DNA of 64,000 bases from Treponemataceae bacterium (lineage in GTDB: Bacteria > Spirochaetota > Spirochaetia > Treponematales > Rectinemataceae): assembly GCA_963667725.2 (NCBI GenBank), contig CAXXHO010000003.1, positions 768,001 through 832,000 of the forward strand. Direction: 5' to 3'. Shown in pieces: positions 1-8,730 of this stretch (position 1 is the stretch's first letter; every line of letters starts with the position of its first letter). Position numbers and translations under genes: made by a program. The notes beneath the pieces are model-generated. The model was not told the DNA's origin. It saw only the letters and a list, made by a program, of their open reading frames with translations, and made no database searches.

Positions 1-2
1 CC

Positions 3-524
3 ACCCCGCTCACGATTGTCTATCGCGCCGCGGGGACAGGTTTCCCCTACATCAAGAGGAGTTCGATCGAAACCTGGATCATCGGCAAGGATTATTCCCT
101 CATTCCCGAAGGAGCCCAGATGCTCCTTTTCTCGACGGAGAAGGATTTCGAGTTCACCCTCAGTTATGCCAAGAAAGCCCGCACCAAAAAGAACGAAGAG
201 ACCTTCAAGACGAAAAATTATATGCGCAAGGGCATGAAATCGGCCGGTCAGCGCCTCGCCACCAGGGAAGTCCTGGAGGCCGTTTCCGCGGCCAGGCGGG
301 TCAAGCCCACGGGGCCGAACGAGCCCGAGCTGATCCCCGAAGCCGACTTCAGCCTGGAGAGCGCCGCGAAGACGGTAGTACCAGCAAAGCCGGTCAACCC
401 GAAACCTCCCCGGAAAAAACGGGAGACGCCTAAGCCAGCCGAAGAGCGCCCCCATGGATTGCTGGCTGCCCTGGCGAGAAAGAAAGCCGAGCAGGGCGAC
501 GAAGAAAAGAAAAAGCCGAAATGA
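3..524 (+). CDS. parC: DNA topoisomerase IV subunit A, C-terminal part (5'-truncated by window)
   Basis: Frame is open from position 3 (TPLTIVYRAAGTGFPYIKRSSIETWIIGKDYSL...KGMKSAGQRLA); resembles the C-terminus of spirochaete/Bacteroidota-type ParC, followed by a K/P/E-rich tail. Confidence 0.6.
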   Translation, partial: TPLTIVYRAAGTGFPYIKRSSIETWIIGKDYSLIPEGAQMLLFSTEKDFEFTLSYAKKARTKKNEETFKTKNYMRKGMKSAGQRLATREVLEAVSAARRVKPTGPNEPELIPEADFSLESAAKTVVPAKPVNPKPPRKKRETPKPAEERPHGLLAALARKKAEQGDEEKKKPK

Positions 525-532
525 GATTCCTA

Positions 533-561
533 TTGACAAAGCCATGAGAAGACGCTAAATT
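533..561 (+). promoter_or_regulatory. sigma70 promoter of tRNA-Asn
   Basis: TTGACA(533-538)-17 bp-TAAATT(556-561). Confidence 0.75.
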
Positions 562-592
562 TCATTCGCTTTTGGAGATTATCCAACAGCTT

Positions 593-665
593 TCCCCTGT
601 AGCTCAGCTGGCAGAGCAAGTGGCTGTTAACCACTGGGTCCCTGGTTCGAACCCGGGCGGGGGAG
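593..665 (+). tRNA. tRNA-Asn (GTT), CCA not encoded
   Basis: Cloverleaf: acceptor TCCCCTG/CGGGGGA, D arm GCTC..GAGC, anticodon loop CT-GTT-AA, T loop TTCGAAC, discriminator G. Confidence 0.97.
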
Positions 666-713
666 CGTCAAAAGAAAAGGGTCATCCGAGAGGATGACCC
701 TTTTCTTTTGACG
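666..713. terminator. bidirectional intrinsic terminator
   Basis: Perfect 22-bp inverted repeat CGTCAAAAGAAAAGGGTCATCC-GAGA-GGATGACCCTTTTCTTTTGACG with A and T tracts. Confidence 0.9.
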
Positions 714-814
714 GCGACGAACCTACCGGTTCGTCGTTTTACTTGAAATAGACGGCGACGAACCTACCGGTTCGTCGATTTACTTGACGCACGACGACGA
801 ACCTTCGGTTAGCG
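710..814. repeat. tandem hairpin repeat, ~41-bp period, 2 near-identical copies + 1 degenerate
   Basis: GACGGCGACGAACCTACCGGTTCGTCG(T/A)TTTACTTGA at 710-746 and 751-787; degenerate copy from ~790; core hairpin CGACGAACC-TACC-GGTTCGTCG. Confidence 0.85.
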
Positions 815-856
815 CAGCCCAATCTTTCCCATACTGCGTTTGTTATCTATTTGACC

Positions 857-1576
857 TTAGAACGGCCGATAGCTTATCCCATCGTCGTAGACATCGGTCT
901 TTTCCATTTTCTTCCACCAGCGAACCACGATGAAGGTGATCGGAAAGATCAGAAGCTCATAGGCTGAGGCCAGGGACGATTCGGAGAGGGTGTTCTGAAG
1001 TATCTGGGAGGGAGTCCAAACGCCTGAAAAAGCCAGGATATTGAAGAGAGCCGTATCGATCATGTGAGCGGGGAGGCTTGAAGCCATCGCTCTCAAAAAG
1101 AAATGCCTTCCTTTCTGCGCGACCTTCATTTTTGAAAGGACGAGGGAATTCAGCCAATCCCCGACCCAGTACGCCACCAGCGATCCCGCGGCGATCCGCC
1201 AGGTTGTCGAAAAAAGGACAGTCATCGCGTTCTGTATCGAATCGTCGATCCCGCGGAGCCGAATCGTCAGCGACAGGATGATGGCGATCAAGGCTTGGGC
1301 CGAGAAATTCGCCCAGATCGCCTTCATCGATAAACGATAGCCGTAGATTTCCGTCATGATGTCGGAAATGACATAGACAAGGGGGTAGGTGAAGAAAGCG
1401 GCGGTCAGCAGAAACGGGCCGACGCGGACAAGCTTCACCACCGTGATGTTCGAGATGATGAGCAGGGCGGCATAGAAAATGGCCAGAAATATAAACGCTG
1501 GCGTCGCTGTGGTGATTTTATCCTTAGCGAGTGGGTCTTTCATCTTTTCCTTCTTCGAAGCGGAGAATTCAGCCAT
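857..1576 (-). CDS. yhhQ: queuosine precursor transporter (YhhQ/VUT family)
   Basis: Membrane protein with ISNI..VK, YPL.YVISDI.TEIYGY, RIAAGSLVAY, DT.LF..LAF motifs; alternative start at 1543. Confidence 0.88.
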   Translation of the reverse strand: MAEFSASKKEKMKDPLAKDKITTATPAFIFLAIFYAALLIISNITVVKLVRVGPFLLTAAFFTYPLVYVISDIMTEIYGYRLSMKAIWANFSAQALIAIILSLTIRLRGIDDSIQNAMTVLFSTTWRIAAGSLVAYWVGDWLNSLVLSKMKVAQKGRHFFLRAMASSLPAHMIDTALFNILAFSGVWTPSQILQNTLSESSLASAYELLIFPITFIVVRWWKKMEKTDVYDDGISYRPF

Positions 1577-3803
1577 CCAGCATGGAGATGAACGTTTTGA
1601 CTATATCGGGATCGAAATGCCGGCCGGCCTGTTCCCGTATATAGTCCATCGCTTTTTCTTTGCTCCACGCTTTTCGATACGGCCTGTCGCTGGTCAGCGC
1701 GTCGAATACGTCTATCACGGAGAATAACCGGGCGGCAAGAGGTATCTTCTCGCCTTTCAGCCCCTCGGGGTACCCGCTGCCGTCCCATTTTTCATGATGA
1801 TAGAGGGGTATGACGAGGCTTTCCTTCAGATAGGGGATTCTCGACAGCATATTGTAGGCGATGAGCGGATGCGTCTTCATGAGTTTCCATTCTTCTTCAT
1901 CCAGTTGGCCTGGCTTTTTCAGGATGCTGTCGGGAATGCCAATTTTTCCGACATCGTGGAGCAGGGCGCCGCGGCTGATAGTGGATATTTCCTCTTCCGG
2001 AATACCCAGACGGGCGGCCAGGGAGAGGGCCAGCGAAGTGACGCGTTTCGAATGCCCTTCGGTCTCCTGGTCCCGATAATCCATGGCCGCTGACCAGCCT
2101 TCAATGGTCGCTTCATAGGAAAGCTCCAGATCCAGGTAGGCATGCTGCAGATCCGCGTATATTGAGTTGTAGTCCAGGGCAAGACCGGTCTGTGTCGCGA
2201 TGGCGTCGAAGAGTATCATCCATTCGGGACTTGCGCTGAAGGGCTTTCTCTGGAAGGTTTCCAGTACGCCGGTTGTTTTTCCGGCGATGATGATCGGGGC
2301 GCATTGTTGGGATTCAAAGGCTTCGGCGCTGATGAGGGTTTCGAATTCTTTATTGTCATTGAGAGGTTCAATGTGGGGATTCGATACGATTCGCTGTTCC
2401 TCGGCCGCTATCCCGACATAGGGCTGGCCATAGCGGACTTTGGCGTTTTCGATGAGGCCAGTCCTGAATCCGCTCTGTGCCCGACATATCAAAAGGCCGC
2501 TCTCCTTGTCGTTCAGATAAAGGGCGACGGCGTCGCTGTCCAGGAATTTCTGCGTTTGGCGAAGCAGGGGTTCCATGACCATTTCGAAGTCCATATCGCT
2601 ATTGATGGTGCGGCTGATAAGCTTCAGGAATGATATATTCCTTATCTGCGCCGATATTTTCTGCTGAGCCATCACGCTTTGCAAAGCGACTTCCAGTTGT
2701 CTGGCCATGGAATCGAAAAGTTTTTTCAGATCCAGAGGAGAATCTTTTGGATAGCGGATCAGGAGCTGCCCGATCTTTTCCTCTCCCATGGTCATATGTC
2801 GGCTGAAGGTTTCGGATTCCTCGGAACGCGAATTTTCCGGCTTCTCGCCGAACCATTTTTCCTTGCCGGGTTTTCCGTCCGCGCAGAGACAGATGCCAGA
2901 CTGAATGTCCGGATACTGTTCCTTTAAAAATGCCGCCGCGTTCTGGCAAATTCCTTCGAGACTCTTGGCCTGCCCCAGGGAAGTGGACAGCCACAAATCC
3001 TGCTCCATTTCCTTTTTCTTCTGTTCTGAGGTCGATATGTCTTTCTTGATGACGACAATATGAGCGAGATTTCCATCCTTATCGATGACAGGGCAGAGTT
3101 TTTCTTCCTCGAAATATAGGCTTCCGTCTTTCTTTTTATTGACGCTGCAGACCACCTGTTCTTTCATCTCGAAAGGGTTTTCGCGTATAGACTCCAGCTT
3201 CTGGGAGCCTAGAGCGCTGCGGGAACTATTGAAAGCATTGTCCAGCAGTTCCGCGCTGGTATAGCCGGTCAGTTCCTCGTAGGCAGGGTTGATCCACTCG
3301 ATCCTGCCCGCCGCGCTTAAGACCGCTATGGCAGCCGGGGCGACCTTCAAAGCCGTCGCCTGAAGGGCTATCAGCGCGTTATGGATTTTCGCTTTTTCCT
3401 CATTCTGATAATAATCGAGGGCATGGTGAATCGCCGTGGGAAGCCTCGCGAGATTGTCCTTGAGGACATAGTCGTACACGCCCTGTTTGATGGCCAAAAT
3501 CGCGGCTTCTTCCCCTATTTTGCCCGATACAATGATGAAGGGAACATCGATGCCTTTCCGCTTTATCATCTCCAGTGCGGCCAAGCCATTGAACTGCGGA
3601 AGAGACCAATCCGAGATGATGATGTCGAGTTTCTGGGGGAGGGCTAAAAACGTTTCCAGCTCTTTGCGGCCCTGCACGTGGATGCATTCCGCACTGGTGA
3701 AATTGGTTTTCAGCGTATGTATGACGAGAAATGCGTCATCGGGATTGTCTTCGATGACAAGTATCCGGAAGGACGCGTCATGTTGATTATGGGAAGGCAT
3801 CAT
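1569..3803 (-). CDS. response regulator, REC-PAS-GAF-HD-GYP cyclic-dinucleotide phosphodiesterase
   Basis: ILVIEDN / IIISDWSLP receiver, PAS, GAF, ETEGHS, LHDVGKIG, HHEKWDGSGYP; start 3803 overlaps the kinase stop (ATGA). Confidence 0.92.
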   Translation of the reverse strand: MMPSHNQHDASFRILVIEDNPDDAFLVIHTLKTNFTSAECIHVQGRKELETFLALPQKLDIIISDWSLPQFNGLAALEMIKRKGIDVPFIIVSGKIGEEAAILAIKQGVYDYVLKDNLARLPTAIHHALDYYQNEEKAKIHNALIALQATALKVAPAAIAVLSAAGRIEWINPAYEELTGYTSAELLDNAFNSSRSALGSQKLESIRENPFEMKEQVVCSVNKKKDGSLYFEEEKLCPVIDKDGNLAHIVVIKKDISTSEQKKKEMEQDLWLSTSLGQAKSLEGICQNAAAFLKEQYPDIQSGICLCADGKPGKEKWFGEKPENSRSEESETFSRHMTMGEEKIGQLLIRYPKDSPLDLKKLFDSMARQLEVALQSVMAQQKISAQIRNISFLKLISRTINSDMDFEMVMEPLLRQTQKFLDSDAVALYLNDKESGLLICRAQSGFRTGLIENAKVRYGQPYVGIAAEEQRIVSNPHIEPLNDNKEFETLISAEAFESQQCAPIIIAGKTTGVLETFQRKPFSASPEWMILFDAIATQTGLALDYNSIYADLQHAYLDLELSYEATIEGWSAAMDYRDQETEGHSKRVTSLALSLAARLGIPEEEISTISRGALLHDVGKIGIPDSILKKPGQLDEEEWKLMKTHPLIAYNMLSRIPYLKESLVIPLYHHEKWDGSGYPEGLKGEKIPLAARLFSVIDVFDALTSDRPYRKAWSKEKAMDYIREQAGRHFDPDIVKTFISMLDG

Positions 3804-5488
3804 GCGCCTCCAAGGGTGAAATGAAATGTCGCGCCCTTGGAGGGTGCCGCCTCGGCCCATACTCTGCCGCCATGCCTGGTGACGATCCTTCGAACGATGC
3901 TGAGCCCGATTCCCGATCCGCCGTATTCCTGTTCGGAATGCAACCGCTGAAAGGGCGTGAAGAGTTTGTCGGCGTAGGCCATATCGAATCCGACGCCATT
4001 ATCCCGAATTGAATAGACTCGCTCATCGCCAATGTCCGCGGCGCTGAATGCGACGAGAGCCTCGGGGAGCGCCGATGTGAATTTCCACGCGTTATCGAAA
4101 AGATTGAGAAGCATCAATTCCATGAGGGCCTTGTCTGCGTTGACCGACAGACCTTCCTGAATGGACACTGATGTTTTCCTGCCCGGAAAACGAACCGACA
4201 TTTCCTCCGCGCTTTCCCTCGCGAGCCGCGAAAGGTCGACCTTGGAGTATTCCAGCGCTTGCCTGGCAATTCTCGACAGACGGAGCAGGTCGTCGATGAG
4301 CTGGCTCATTTTTTGGACGTTGTATCGTATCCTCTCGATAGAGTGCTTCGAGGTATCCGAGAGCCGGCTCTCCGCATTTTCGACCAATAGAGCACCGAAG
4401 CCTTCAATCGCGCGCAAGGGGGCCCGAAGATCGTGGGAAACCGAATAGGCAAATGCTTCCAGTTCCTCATTGGCTTCCTGAAGCTGCTCGGTGCGCCTGG
4501 CAACCTGGTTTTCCAGCGACTGGTTCAGTTCCCTCACTTCGTTCTCCGCTTTCATCCTGGCGGTGGCGTCATGCACGATGGAGTAGACGAGCTTCTTGCC
4601 TGAATACTCGATCGGACCAGCGAAGACCTCGACATCCCTGATGTCTCCCGAAGCCCTTTTGTGTTTGAAGATGAAAGCGTCATCGTTCCGCTCAAGCGCC
4701 TGGTTCAGCCTGTCGCGAAGCTGATCGGCTGGCAGGGTGTTGATTTCGGCGATGTTTTTCGAGAGTAGTACCTGTCTCGTCCAGCCATAGAAAGCCTCGG
4801 CTGCGGGGTTCGCGTCGACTATCCGTCCGGTTTCATGGTCGATAAGCAGCATGATCGACCGATGGTTCTGAAAGAGAAGTTTATAGCGGGCTTCGGATTC
4901 TTCGAGCATCGCCTGGTTCTTCTCGCGCTCCTCGTTTTCGATGAAGAGCTGGCAGATGAGGAAAAAGGCGAGAGGGTAGAAGAGGAGAACAGGAAGGGCG
5001 ATCGCGGGGATGATTTCTTTCCAGCGCTGATCGGGCAGCAATAACTGAGCCAGGAGCATGAGCAGGTGGACCGAATAGCCGATCGCCAGGATTCTCCAGG
5101 CATTCAAGGGTTTTTGGGTCCGTTTTCTCCAGGAGTAGGCGCAGAGGCCGATGCCTGCGGCTATGATGATGGTGAGGACCCCGACGAAGCGGCCGCTTCC
5201 CCCGATGATAAAAAAACGGAATATGACAGAAGACAGCGTCGCTATTCCCAGGACGATGGGGCCGCCAAAGAGACCGGCGATCGTCAGCAGGATCGTTCGT
5301 CCGTCGTAGATAATGCCTTGGGCGAAGCGAAAGGAAACGAGCATCGTTATGATCGTGGCGGAACTGAAGAGCAATCCATTGAGCAGTGAGACGATAACCT
5401 GCTTGCCGCGGAGTTTTCGGGCTATAAGGTGATAGATGACGGCGATGGAAATGATGAGGGATATATTCTGAAGGATCGAAATCGCCAT
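3800..5488 (-). CDS. membrane sensor histidine kinase (5TM-LYT-like, PAS, HisKA, HATPase)
   Basis: N-terminal TM region with YDGR..GLFGGP; SVSHDLRAPLR; NAWKFT, DNGVGF, GIGLSIV. Confidence 0.93.
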   Translation of the reverse strand: MAISILQNISLIISIAVIYHLIARKLRGKQVIVSLLNGLLFSSATIITMLVSFRFAQGIIYDGRTILLTIAGLFGGPIVLGIATLSSVIFRFFIIGGSGRFVGVLTIIIAAGIGLCAYSWRKRTQKPLNAWRILAIGYSVHLLMLLAQLLLPDQRWKEIIPAIALPVLLFYPLAFFLICQLFIENEEREKNQAMLEESEARYKLLFQNHRSIMLLIDHETGRIVDANPAAEAFYGWTRQVLLSKNIAEINTLPADQLRDRLNQALERNDDAFIFKHKRASGDIRDVEVFAGPIEYSGKKLVYSIVHDATARMKAENEVRELNQSLENQVARRTEQLQEANEELEAFAYSVSHDLRAPLRAIEGFGALLVENAESRLSDTSKHSIERIRYNVQKMSQLIDDLLRLSRIARQALEYSKVDLSRLARESAEEMSVRFPGRKTSVSIQEGLSVNADKALMELMLLNLFDNAWKFTSALPEALVAFSAADIGDERVYSIRDNGVGFDMAYADKLFTPFQRLHSEQEYGGSGIGLSIVRRIVTRHGGRVWAEAAPSKGATFHFTLGGA

Positions 5489-5540
5489 ACTGGTCCTTTG
5501 GACATTCCGCTATTCTCGGCGCGAAACGAAGAACGGAGTA

Positions 5541-5596
5541 AGTGTAGCAGAAAGAATTCTGAAGTCAATTGACAATAGTCAAATGACAATAGTCAA
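5541..5596 (-). promoter_or_regulatory. promoter of the kinase operon with tandem TTGAC-N4-GTCAA-type palindromes
   Basis: Minus strand TTGACT-16-(TG)cTACACT; palindromes at 5569-5582 and 5583-5596. Confidence 0.6.
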
Positions 5597-6252
5597 TCGA
5601 CCATCTTGAAAACGATAATGTCGGGCGCGGACGAACTAAGAAGGGAGAATCCCCGCGCCGCGAAATATTCCACAAGGCAGCGAACCGTATAAAAACTCAC
5701 GTGCGTCGGATCCATCCTGTACCACCACGGGCCGAAGTCTTCCATGGATTCCGGCAGGAATCGGGTACGTATGGCGATTATGCCGCCTTCATGGACGCGG
5801 GTCGCGAGAAAGGCGAGCGAGGTTCCCGGGCTCCGCATATGCTCGGCTACCTCGTGGAGCAGAATCGCGTCGTAATGACGCTTTCTCCACGCTCTTGTTT
5901 TCGCGAAAGCGGGGTCGTACAGGTCGTAGCGATAACCCGCCTCTTCGAGCATGGTGGCAAGGACGGGAGCCGGTCCCGAACCGAAATCTAGGACAAGGCA
6001 GCCCGGAGCCTTGAAAGGAGCGACCGCTTTCATGATGAAAGAACGCAGAAACGCGACGTATCCCTGATTGGATATATCGTTCCGGTGAAGCAGATAGCGC
6101 GCTTTTTCTTCCGCTTGGGTGACGAAGTGCCGTTTCCCGAGAGATATAAAGCCGCAGCGCCCGCAGCGATGGTAGGCGAGGGTGGATTTTTTCGTCGACA
6201 GGGAAAAAGCCGCCATCGGCTCGCCGCACATCGGGCATCTCATCGGCTTCAC
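5593..6252 (-). CDS. class I SAM-dependent methyltransferase with N-terminal zinc ribbon
   Basis: CPMC..CGRC, VLDFGSGP, EVAEH, WWYRMDPTHVSFY. Confidence 0.85.
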   Translation of the reverse strand: MKPMRCPMCGEPMAAFSLSTKKSTLAYHRCGRCGFISLGKRHFVTQAEEKARYLLHRNDISNQGYVAFLRSFIMKAVAPFKAPGCLVLDFGSGPAPVLATMLEEAGYRYDLYDPAFAKTRAWRKRHYDAILLHEVAEHMRSPGTSLAFLATRVHEGGIIAIRTRFLPESMEDFGPWWYRMDPTHVSFYTVRCLVEYFAARGFSLLSSSAPDIIVFKMVD

Positions 6253-7013
6253 CGTTTATAGATCCATTCCCTGGTACGGAATTTCGTCACGGACAATTCA
6301 GCCGCCTTGGCCAATTCCTCAGGCCTCGGTTCCTCTTCCCGCGCATCCATGTCGAGGGCGCGCAGAAAGCCGGTCCGCATCGACTTTGCCGCTTCCTCGA
6401 AAGAAATTTCCCCGCGAAGGATGGCCGATACCGACGTAACCCTGGCTTTCACGTCTTCGATCATTTTGCCCAAGGCTTTTTCTTTGGGCACTTTCAGAAG
6501 GGTAAACATCTTGTCCACGTCGACCTTGAGCAGCACGGTGCCGTGCTGAAGGATGCAGCCGCGCTTTCGCGTCTGCGCGTTGCCGGAAATCTTTCTACCG
6601 CCGCTCACGATATCGTTGATGGGCGCGAATTCCGCTTCGATGCCGAGTTCCCTTAGACCTTGGATAATGCCCGAGCAGATGACGGAATAGGAATCGAGAA
6701 TGGAGGAGGGGGCTAGGGGGTGCCCTTCAGGGATGACTATGCTGTAGGTCACTTCGGCATCGTGGAAGACGGCGCCGCCTCCGGTGATGCGGCGCACGAT
6801 GTCGACATTCTGCCTTTCGCAGGCTTCGATGTCGATTTCATCGGTTATGCCCTGGAAATAGCCGAGGGATATGGCTGAGGGGTTCCAGCCGTATAGCCTG
6901 AGCGTGGGAAGGGCGGCGGAATCCGCGACGGATCCGAGGATCGCCTCATCGAGTCCCATGTTGAAAAACGCGTCGTTACGCCCTGTTTGCAGTATCCTGA
7001 AGGGATGTTTCAT
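6249..7013 (-). CDS. lplA: lipoate-protein ligase / octanoyltransferase catalytic domain (LplA/LipM family)
   Basis: NMGLDEA, RRITGGGAVFHD, NDI...RKISGNAQ, LQHGTVL; 254 aa, lacks the C-terminal accessory domain. Confidence 0.88.
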   Translation of the reverse strand: MKHPFRILQTGRNDAFFNMGLDEAILGSVADSAALPTLRLYGWNPSAISLGYFQGITDEIDIEACERQNVDIVRRITGGGAVFHDAEVTYSIVIPEGHPLAPSSILDSYSVICSGIIQGLRELGIEAEFAPINDIVSGGRKISGNAQTRKRGCILQHGTVLLKVDVDKMFTLLKVPKEKALGKMIEDVKARVTSVSAILRGEISFEEAAKSMRTGFLRALDMDAREEEPRPEELAKAAELSVTKFRTREWIYKR

Positions 7014-7296
7014 CGATTGCGCCTCTTATGGTTGCCAGAATGCCCTGACCGGAAATGCCCATGACCTGAATGCCCAAGTCCCGGATTTCCGCGTCGAAGG
7101 CATCACCGATTTTTCCCAATGCTGTTCCGCGAAGCCGCGATTCCGCCATCTCGAATTTTTCTTCCGGAATCGCGAAAAAATCGCCGCGAATGGAGATGGC
7201 TCCCACGACGCAGTCGTCATTCACCGGCTCCGTCAATTCGGCCGATATCCTCAGCAGCTTGCAGCCTGCCGGTTTGCCCACGGCTTCGATTTTCAT
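6976..7296 (-). CDS. stand-alone lipoate ligase accessory domain (LplB-like)
   Basis: K..G.KLLRI, ISIRGDFFAIPEE....E..LRG signature; ATGA overlap with the lipA stop. Confidence 0.75.
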   Translation of the reverse strand: MKIEAVGKPAGCKLLRISAELTEPVNDDCVVGAISIRGDFFAIPEEKFEMAESRLRGTALGKIGDAFDAEIRDLGIQVMGISGQGILATIRGAIDETSLQDTANRA

Positions 7297-8159
7297 CCTA
7301 GCTTCGTCTTCCACGCGTCGAAGGCATGGTAGCTCGTCCTGGCGAAGGGGGCGGCCACGACGGTCGAGAAACCGGCGGCACGCGCGTCTTCGGCATAAAG
7401 GGCGAAGGTGTCGGGATGGATATATTCGGCCACGGGAATCTGCCTCGCCGAGGGCTGGAGATACTGCCCCATGACGAGGATGTCCACCCCCCCATCCCTC
7501 AGCTCGGCATAGGTCGCCTTAAGTTCATCCCTGGTTTCCCCCAGGCCGAGAAGAACGCTGGATTTTGTCGCCCGGACGCCTGAATCCTTGGCCTGCCTCA
7601 GGGTTTTAAGGCTCCTGTCGAAGCTGGCACGGCCGTCCCTGACATGCTGGAGCCTTCGGACCGTCTCCACGTTGTGGGCGAGGACGTCAGGCCGCGAAGC
7701 CGCTATCACGCTCAGTTCCTGATCGATGAAGTCGGGAATGAGGACCTCTATCCTGACGGCGGCGGCCGTCGCGCGGATGGCGTCGATGCAGCGGGCAAAA
7801 TGGGCAGCGCCCCGGTCGGGAAGGTCGTCCCTGTCCACCGAGGTGATTACCGCGTAGGAGAGGCCCATCTCGCTCACCGCCCGGGCGAGGGCTTCGGGTT
7901 CGTCTGCCCTCAGCGGTCTGCCGTTTTTAGCCGTTTCCACCGCGCAGAACCGGCATCCCCTCGTGCAGATGTCGCCCAGCACCATGAAGGTCGCGGTGCC
8001 GCAGCCCCAGCATTCGCCTTTGTTCGGGCAGCGCGCCTCATCGCAGACGGTATGGAGGCCATGCTTGGCCAATATGTCGTCCACTTTTTTCCATTCATTG
8101 CCGGCGGGGAGCCTGACCTTGATCCATTCTGGTTTTGGCTTGATTCTGGAAGATTCCAT
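7293..8159 (-). CDS. lipA: lipoyl synthase
   Basis: CDEARCPNKGEC (CX4CX5C), CTRGCRFC, HNVETV, GQYLQP, RTSY. Confidence 0.96.
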   Translation of the reverse strand: MESSRIKPKPEWIKVRLPAGNEWKKVDDILAKHGLHTVCDEARCPNKGECWGCGTATFMVLGDICTRGCRFCAVETAKNGRPLRADEPEALARAVSEMGLSYAVITSVDRDDLPDRGAAHFARCIDAIRATAAAVRIEVLIPDFIDQELSVIAASRPDVLAHNVETVRRLQHVRDGRASFDRSLKTLRQAKDSGVRATKSSVLLGLGETRDELKATYAELRDGGVDILVMGQYLQPSARQIPVAEYIHPDTFALYAEDARAAGFSTVVAAPFARTSYHAFDAWKTKLG

Positions 8160-8175
8160 GCGGGGGAGTATATAC

Positions 8176-8205
8176 AAAAAAAAAGGCCCTCACAATGAGG
8201 ACCTT
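8176..8205 (-). terminator. intrinsic terminator of tRNA-Met, overlapping the lipA promoter
   Basis: Minus strand AAGGTCCTCA-TTG-TGAGGGCCTT + T run; also contains the -35 and spacer of TTGTGA-17-TATACT. Confidence 0.8.
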
Positions 8206-8214
8206 GAAAATAGG

Positions 8215-8287
8215 TAGCGAGGGAGGGGATTGAACCCACGACCCAGCGGATATGAGCCGCTTGCTCTGCCAACTGAGCTACCTCGCC
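8215..8287 (-). tRNA. tRNA-Met (CAT), probably elongator; CCA not encoded
   Basis: GGCGAGG/CCTCGCT acceptor, anticodon loop CT-CAT-AT; lacks the initiator C1:A72 mismatch and three G-C pairs; Ile2 not fully excluded. Confidence 0.93.
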
Positions 8288-8457
8288 ATGGACGGAAGAT
8301 TTATACCTGCTCGCGCGGGACTTAGTCAAGGCCTTTTGAATCCTGCTCTGCTTTACAATAGATGAAGGCGCCGCTATACTTCCGCGAGAAAAAGAGGAAG
8401 GGCGCGTTCTTCGTGAATGCCGTCTTCTTCTTTAAATATTGGTTTCCCGGAGCATCG

Positions 8458-8730
8458 ATGTCATCGACGGATTGGCGTGAACAGAAAAGAGAAGAATTGT
8501 TTGAAAGCACACTCAAGGGGCTGGAAAACCATAGACGCGTCGATCCCGGATTCACGCTCGAGGACGCGAAGGCTGCCCTTGAGCATCAGTATGTCCTCGA
8601 GGGAAACGACTGGCTGGGCAGAGGGGAACTGGGCGATATCGTCTCATCCGCGACAATCGCCGCATACGAGCATTTCATCTTTGAATGGGCAGCGGAACTG
8701 AAGTCAGCAGAGAATAAGCAGGAGCGATGA
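8458..8730 (+). CDS. hypothetical protein
   Basis: ATG after GGAG; helical acidic 90 aa; stop overlaps next start (ATGA). Confidence 0.65.
   Translation: MSSTDWREQKREELFESTLKGLENHRRVDPGFTLEDAKAALEHQYVLEGNDWLGRGELGDIVSSATIAAYEHFIFEWAAELKSAENKQER

Noticed and set aside
710..814. CRISPR array
   Set aside because: Only 3-4 nt between repeats, no unique spacers and no cas genes in the window
657..8168. tRNA-anchored genomic island bounded by GCGGGGGAG (657-665 and 8160-8168)
   Set aside because: A 9-bp G-rich match is expected by chance; no integrase inside and the content includes housekeeping genes
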